Shown here: one piece after another, positions 7,301 through 11,321 of the stretch | Layout: each line of letters starts with the position of its first letter | Numbering within the stretch: position 1 is the first letter of the stretch | Origin: a candidate division WOR-3 bacterium | GTDB lineage: Bacteria; Hydrothermota; Tepidihabitantia; SM23-42; CAYGYG01 | NCBI GenBank assembly: GCA_965648915.1 | Contig: CBFGIV010000059.1 | Coordinates: forward strand, 1-11,321 | DNA length: 11,321 nucleotides | Direction: 5' to 3' | Notes under the pieces: model-generated | What the model was told of the DNA's origin: nothing | The model's database searches: none | Seen by the model: only the letters and a program-made list of their open reading frames with translations | Program-made: the position numbers and the translations under genes

Positions 7301-7526
7301 AGGAAAAGCAAATGCCTCTTTTATAGAATCCAGTTTGCTTTATCACGAGATGAAAGAGAAACTTGAACTAGGAAAGGTTTACTTCTATCAGGCACTGTTG
7401 TATAAAGAATTGGGAGAAAGTAAAAGTGCAAAGGAATTCTGTGATAAGGCGAGGGTGATTTTTGAAGAACTTGGTGCAAAAGGGTGGCTTGAAAAATTAA
7501 GAGAGTTAAATTCTCTAAACAACTAA
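4314..7526 (+). CDS. Diguanylate cyclase (GGDEF) - STAND/AAA_16 NTPase - TPR protein (1070 aa)
   Basis: GGDEF domain: DDLTGIYNRR, IDLDHFKNVNDTYGHAQGD, RQND-MAFRY-GGDEF (intact active site and RxxD I-site). STAND: IIGRDKE, Walker A GEVGIGKT (4923-4946), Walker B IMIFLDNVHWAD, SGGNPFFVEEL. C-terminal 40-aa TPRs follow. ATG 4308 directly abuts the -10 box, so 4314 is preferred. Confidence 0.93.
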   Translation: MERIPPEFIDDLTGIYNRRYFIKQLQRQLNEADKNRIPLSIALIDLDHFKNVNDTYGHAQGDSLLKEFAEYLRNSLRQNDMAFRYGGDEFVCLLYNTDYEQGLKFVQRLIDGCRSREFARMRVTLSIGIASFPEQGDDPETLFNIADQNLYWAKRHGRDQVGIFKKEKEKLVIPTKEIIGRDKEIQQIKQLIESTNGTAIFISGEVGIGKTRLVHEISNLYKSKFRFWESDLSIMTKSIPYYPFREIVQLIIKEEGRDCIKEIPMAYQTEFMKLIPELSDTQEEMDREIFVLDKFRLYEGMRKFLELQSAKLPIMIFLDNVHWADDGSLELVHYLVKNLKNSPVFFFFVYRVEEINKGLLYDIQRLLSRELLCEKIELNPLNLEDIACMLSLIADATPSIELTNYIFSQSGGNPFFVEELIKSLKEKGALSWKDSNLDFDQNKKIAIPHTIEDVIARKLDMLSPEAYKCLEYAAVIGREFNFSFLKELIQLNEGQLLDALDELFKARLMKEKVPEHYYFSEDIIREIVYRKIGTAKLRLYHLGVGERLLQFHKDKITNILSELSSHFYLGGDKKRAVDYSISAAKKAEESYAFREAINLYTRALECLSESGIENAGQREIEYLLKRALALSFIGEKERAALDLKDGLNKARERGDKKLTADCLDALCSIYQTTGQYKDALALAEEAFQIYQELNDDDGRASILNTIGTIHWAMGKFPKALEFYQEALKIRERLNDLKGIAGLLSNIGMIYSELGEYKKALELYQNSLKIRKEINERRGQAASLNNIGSVYSDLGDHQKALEFYESSLKIKVEIGDRNGEAGTLNNIGNIYKVMGKYKKALEFYQSSLKIFNEIGNRKAQTACLMNSASLYHILGEYPAALELCNKALSITSETGDRRYEAEILLTIGDIFLEEKDYQKAEELYKNARLIAEEIKSKTLFFDVCSHLTSFYLTTNNLNGAERELANVSALAAEIESKADKARSLLLAGRLFTKKKMLGKANASFIESSLLYHEMKEKLELGKVYFYQALLYKELGESKSAKEFCDKARVIFEELGAKGWLEKLRELNSLNN
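6285..7484 (+). repeat. Ten consecutive 40-aa TPR-like repeats (120-bp period)
   Basis: Examples: GRASILNTIGTIH..., GIAGLLSNIGMIY..., GQAASLNNIGSVY..., GEAGTLNNIGNIY..., each followed by G...KALE.Y..SL/ALKI. Confidence 0.88.
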
Positions 7527-7531
7527 CCGAA

Positions 7532-10500
7532 TTACTTTAATTCTTTCTGGCACTCAAGGAATTTTGAAGATGGTGATATACCGATTTCTCTCAGGGTATC
7601 AACAAACTGATTGAATGAAGTGAATGCCTCTGATGTTCTGCCAATTTTGACTAACGATCTTATCAGAAAAGCGACAATCTCCTCATCGTATGGGTCAATC
7701 TTCATTGCCTTTCTACAATATTCTATACATCCTTTATAGTCTTTCTGAGTAAATGCATCTTCAATTGCCCAGAGTAGGAGTTGCAGGAAGCGATTTCTAT
7801 ATACTGTGCGTTGATTTTCTACCCATGGGTCATACCAGCATGCACAGAAATCTCTTTTATATAACGACAGTGCCTTTTTCAACAGCTCCCCATCCACTGA
7901 TTTTTCAACTGATTTTTTGATTTTGATCTCTTGAAAGATGCTATTAAATTCTGTAACATCGACATTAATAATCAACTCTGGGTCTAAATAATAGGAATGC
8001 TCTCGGTATAAGATTATCTCTTTTCTATATTTTTTTCTTTCTGGGAGCAATATTTTTCTGATGTAGTATAATGTTGATGACAAATTATTCTCGGCCTTAT
8101 CTGGTTCCCAATCGCGCCAGAAGTGCTCAATAATTTCATCTCTGGTAATTTTTCTTTCCCGATTTACAACAAAATAACAAAAAAGCTTTTTAGCCTTATC
8201 TGAAATCCAATTTGTAATAAACTTTCCGTCTGCGAATACCTCGGGAGTCCCGAAGAGATTAACTTTGATTTTAATCAAATATTTCTCTTTTATTTCCGGC
8301 GCCATTCTTTCTGGTTTTGAAAGAATTCCTTTAACATAATCATCGGTCTCAAACATTTTTGATTTGATTAAGAGTTCCTTGAATCTTTTATCTTCCATAA
8401 ATACCTGTTCGTAACCATATCTTCGGCAAAGATTTAATGCTTGAATTAAATACGGCAGATAGTTTTTCTGAAGTTTTTCGTATACTAATGCAAGTAATAG
8501 ATTAGTTACAAAACCCGCATAATATAGCTTTCTATTCTTCACGATAACCAATAATCTTTTTAATGACCTAATTGCAGATTTGTATTCGCCTTGCGCAATG
8601 CTGATTTCATTTTTAAGAAGCACCAGCGTGGGTCGGGAGCTGAAATATTTCCAGGATTCATCTTGTGTTGCCATGCGATAGTACTCAAGTGCACCGAGGA
8701 TATCTCCCTTTTTAAGGAATAGCGCGCATAAGGATTCAAGGGTATTAAAAAGATATACTTTTTCTTTACTTTCAATGGCGTAAGCGAGTGCCTTTTTATA
8801 CTCATCTGAAGCCTTTTGAAAATTCCCCGAGTAAGTGTATAAATCTCCAAGAGTTAATCGCACAAATGCTAAATCTTCGTTGGCATTATACTTGATTGCA
8901 AAGTCCAATCCTTCTTTCAGAAGTTCTCTTGCTTCATCATATTTTCCCTTTAGAATTTTAATATACGCGGCATTTGCATACAGATTGCCGAGGCCTCGTT
9001 GATATTGTTCTTTAATTCTTACCTTCAGTGCCGCCTCATATTCTTTTTCAGCTGAGTTAAAATCACCCATGTCAGCATAGTGAACCCCTAAATTGCAGTG
9101 GGTTAAAATTAAATACCTTGGATTTTTTAGCATTTCTGCCAATTTCAACATATTGTGGAGATATTTTTCCACTTTTTCATAATTTCCTTCACATTCAGCA
9201 ATCATCGCTTTTATATTATAGCTAAAAAAAAGTACTGATTTATCGGTAATTTGGTAATCTCGTTCTACTTTTTGGATTTCCCTTTTTGCCTTCAGGACGA
9301 AACCCCTTCGGCATAATATCGTGGCAATATTAAGCGTCGCCTTTATTATGCCTTTAATAATATTTTTCTTCTTAAAAAGGCGCCTTGTTTGTTGATAACC
9401 TCTCAATGCCTCATCCAGACGGTTATCAATCCGGTCTAAAAGAAAATTCTTATAGTAATTTAACCAGGGATGTTTTATAAATAAATACTGTGGCATTCTA
9501 AAAAGCCAGTTCCGAAGACTCATTACATCACCTTTACCAATAATCTGCTCGGCGCGTCGTTCAATCAACCGTGCTGCTCTGTCATAACTCAAGCTACGAA
9601 TGTAATATTCAATCGCTTCATCAAACCGAGAGTGCTTTTCACAAAACCGAGCTACCTTTCTATATATAGAAGAAATCTTAGATACACCTGAACGCGACTC
9701 CAATTGGGATTTCAAAAAATTCCTGAATAATGGATGAAACTGAAAATGATTTTTTTCTTTTCCTATTGAAGAAAGAAAGATATTGCGGTTCTCAAGTTCC
9801 TTCAAAATGCAAAGAGAATTGTTGATATTCATAATTGCATCACAATATTCGGGATAAATCTCATCAAGAGTTGAAATTGCCATCAAAAATCGCTGTATCC
9901 ATTCTTCTTCATTCACAAATATCTCATTGGCAAAATAATCAAAAAGTGGCTGATTAGCGGTAAGAAAACCATTTAACGCTTCTTTAATCTTATCTTCATC
10001 AGGGTATCTTGGCAAGATCAGTTGAATACCGGTGATCCATCCCTGGGAAACATCAAGTAATCTCTTAATCTGCTCTTCAGAAATATCCACCGATAAAATC
10101 TCTGTTAATAATTCCCTAACCTCGTCATCAGTAAACTTCAAATCTTCCTTTGTTAGCATAAATAAATCCTGCCTGGCCAAAAGCCGTGAGAGATTAAAAT
10201 CGGGAATCTCACGACTTGCGATAATAAAATGAACATTTGAAGGCAAATAAGTCAGAAGATAATCAAAGGCTGACTTGGTCCAGACTGCCTGCGTTATAGT
10301 GTGAAAATCATCCAAGATTATTATGCATTTTTTCAAAACTAAAACATCGTTTATGAAGGTATTCAAAACTCGCTCGGCATTTGCAATGAAATTCAGCGAG
10401 TCATCTAAGATACTTTTTATTCTTTCACCAAAATTAGAATAATACTTCTGAAAACCAAAGATTAGGTGGTTAAAAAAAACGACAGGATTACTATCTGCCT

Positions 10501-10708
10501 GGGTTAGAGTATAGTAAATGCAGGTATTGTCTATGTCATTAAGCAACTGGGCTAAGAGTGTGGTTTTACCATAGCCAGCATCCGCACAGATTAAAATGAG
10601 TTTTTTATCAAGATTTTCTTTGAGTAAATTTAATAATCTTGCCCGGCGTAAGATTTTTCCTTTTAACTGTGGTGGGTGGAGCTTAGTCTGTAAGACAAAA
10701 TCCTGCAT
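7532..10708 (-). CDS. MalT-like STAND NTPase - TPR - SARP-type winged helix/BTAD transcriptional regulator (1058 aa)
   Basis: MalT-like N-terminus LQTKLHPP...ILRRARLL, Walker A ADAGYGKT, Walker B IIILDDFH, QGWITG and FHPLFRNFL. Central TPRs. The C-terminus has LFGTPEV...KAKKLFCYF...TRDEIIEHFW...LSSTLYYIRKIL...VDVTEF...ALSLYK...DPYDEE. The start was moved from the TTG at 10741 (which lies in the -35 box) to ATG 10708. Confidence 0.92.
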   Translation of the reverse strand: MQDFVLQTKLHPPQLKGKILRRARLLNLLKENLDKKLILICADAGYGKTTLLAQLLNDIDNTCIYYTLTQADSNPVVFFNHLIFGFQKYYSNFGERIKSILDDSLNFIANAERVLNTFINDVLVLKKCIIILDDFHTITQAVWTKSAFDYLLTYLPSNVHFIIASREIPDFNLSRLLARQDLFMLTKEDLKFTDDEVRELLTEILSVDISEEQIKRLLDVSQGWITGIQLILPRYPDEDKIKEALNGFLTANQPLFDYFANEIFVNEEEWIQRFLMAISTLDEIYPEYCDAIMNINNSLCILKELENRNIFLSSIGKEKNHFQFHPLFRNFLKSQLESRSGVSKISSIYRKVARFCEKHSRFDEAIEYYIRSLSYDRAARLIERRAEQIIGKGDVMSLRNWLFRMPQYLFIKHPWLNYYKNFLLDRIDNRLDEALRGYQQTRRLFKKKNIIKGIIKATLNIATILCRRGFVLKAKREIQKVERDYQITDKSVLFFSYNIKAMIAECEGNYEKVEKYLHNMLKLAEMLKNPRYLILTHCNLGVHYADMGDFNSAEKEYEAALKVRIKEQYQRGLGNLYANAAYIKILKGKYDEARELLKEGLDFAIKYNANEDLAFVRLTLGDLYTYSGNFQKASDEYKKALAYAIESKEKVYLFNTLESLCALFLKKGDILGALEYYRMATQDESWKYFSSRPTLVLLKNEISIAQGEYKSAIRSLKRLLVIVKNRKLYYAGFVTNLLLALVYEKLQKNYLPYLIQALNLCRRYGYEQVFMEDKRFKELLIKSKMFETDDYVKGILSKPERMAPEIKEKYLIKIKVNLFGTPEVFADGKFITNWISDKAKKLFCYFVVNRERKITRDEIIEHFWRDWEPDKAENNLSSTLYYIRKILLPERKKYRKEIILYREHSYYLDPELIINVDVTEFNSIFQEIKIKKSVEKSVDGELLKKALSLYKRDFCACWYDPWVENQRTVYRNRFLQLLLWAIEDAFTQKDYKGCIEYCRKAMKIDPYDEEIVAFLIRSLVKIGRTSEAFTSFNQFVDTLREIGISPSSKFLECQKELK

Positions 10709-10713
10709 AAAAT

Positions 10714-10741
10714 ATTTTATCAAAATAACAAAAAAAGTCAA
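10714..10741 (-). promoter_or_regulatory. Sigma70-type promoter with extended -10 for a probably leaderless MalT/BTAD mRNA
   Basis: Minus strand TTGACT (10736-10741)-16 nt ending TGA-TAAAAT (10714-10719), then 5 nt to ATG 10708. No SD is present. Confidence 0.75.
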
Positions 10742-10789
10742 TGCCTAATGGGAGCAGATTTTCAGTATATTTATTTTGTTAAGTGCTCT

Positions 10790-10963
10790 CTATTTCTTCT
10801 TTTTTCTACCTTTTTTAACCGGGAATTTGAGACGCAGTTCTGGATTACATTCGCTAAAGAACGGACATTTATCACAACAATACTGCTCTTCGCCACGCTC
10901 TCCGCGATACCACTTGGTCTCACAGGTTCCCCAGTGAGGGCATTTCTCACAGCAGTAGGTCAT
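10790..10963 (-). CDS. Small Cys-rich, probably metal-binding protein (57 aa) with a basic tail
   Basis: Not in the ORF track. MTYCCEKCPHWGTCETKWYRGERGEEQYCCDKCPFFSECNPELRLKFPVKKGRKKKK*. SD AAAGGAG (10969-10975) lies 5 nt before the ATG. The motif is internally duplicated. Confidence 0.85.
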   Translation of the reverse strand: MTYCCEKCPHWGTCETKWYRGERGEEQYCCDKCPFFSECNPELRLKFPVKKGRKKKK

Positions 10964-11071
10964 TTCTACTCCTTTCGCCCATTCGGGCTGACTTTAGTGT
11001 TACAAATAATCTTTTGTGCGATGAATTGCCCACTATATTTTTTCCTCATTTCTATAATATCATGACCAATT

Positions 11072-11321
11072 TTACTCCTTTACTGAGTTCAACAATTCTT
11101 TCACATAGCCAAGGAGTTTCTCGTATTTTTCTTTCAATTCAAAATACATTTTCTTGTAATCCTCTTCTTTCTGTTTATTTTGTTTTTTAACCTCCTCTAT
11201 CTCTAAAAATCCTTCTTCCTTGAGCCAATTACGCAAATCTATAAAATTCTCCTTTTGCTTTCCTTTTGTAGTCCACACCTTTTTCGCATTTTCAATATCT
11301 ACCATCACTTCCGGATATAAT
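11072..11321 (-). CDS. C-terminal part of a hypothetical protein with a charged coiled-coil tail; starts beyond the right edge
   Basis: The frame stays open past the tracked GTG 11308 (…LYPEVMVDIENAKKVW…). It ends in a K/E-rich heptad-like tail YKKMYFELKEKYEKLLGYVKELL. TAA at 11072-11074. Confidence 0.7.
   Translation of the reverse strand, partial: LYPEVMVDIENAKKVWTTKGKQKENFIDLRNWLKEEGFLEIEEVKKQNKQKEEDYKKMYFELKEKYEKLLGYVKELLNSVKE

Noticed and set aside
4507..10232. Track ORFs 4507-4737, 4704-4958, 6544-6780, 8560-8850, 10032-10232
   Set aside because: All are nested in the two well-supported STAND genes, with no independent evidence.
7532..10708. Naming the regulator malT, or calling either STAND an Avs defence gene
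   Set aside because: The C-terminus is SARP wHTH-BTAD rather than a LuxR HTH. There are no maltose genes, no toxic effector domain and no defence-island context.
10966..11049. 27-codon minus-strand ORF MRKKYSGQ...GRKE ending just before the Cys-rich gene
   Set aside because: No SD and no motif. Its end merely overlaps the downstream SD.
10748..11065. Track ORF of 105 aa on the + strand
   Set aside because: It is antisense to the better-supported 57-aa Cys-rich gene, which has an SD and an internal motif duplication.

Overview
Bacterial window of accessory secretion and signalling genes. The sorting-domain style resembles FCB-associated candidate phyla such as WOR-3 (inference only). The left part holds three minus-strand secreted-protein genes with strong Shine-Dalgarno sites: a truncated beta-propeller-like gene (<1..128), an 890-aa protein of 13+1 ~50-55-aa repeats (probably two 7-bladed propellers) with a T9SS-A/FlgD-Ig-like C-terminal domain (CTD), and a cohesin-like + CTD protein. 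The right part holds two convergent ~1060-aa STAND NTPases only 5 bp apart: GGDEF-STAND-TPR (an NLR-like diguanylate cyclase) and MalT-like STAND-TPR-wHTH/BTAD (a SARP-type regulator). Both appear leaderless, with the same TTGACT-N16-TAAAAT promoter. The ORF track missed a 57-aa protein with twin YCCxKCPxxxxC motifs. Non-coding and sub-genic signals include four different 7/8-bp tandem-repeat tracts in frame in one CTD, an 11-bp-period SARP-like direct repeat, a possible H-type pseudoknot abutting an RBS, a REP-like element and a long GNRA-capped hairpin. No rRNA, tRNA, CRISPR array, transposase or integrase was seen.
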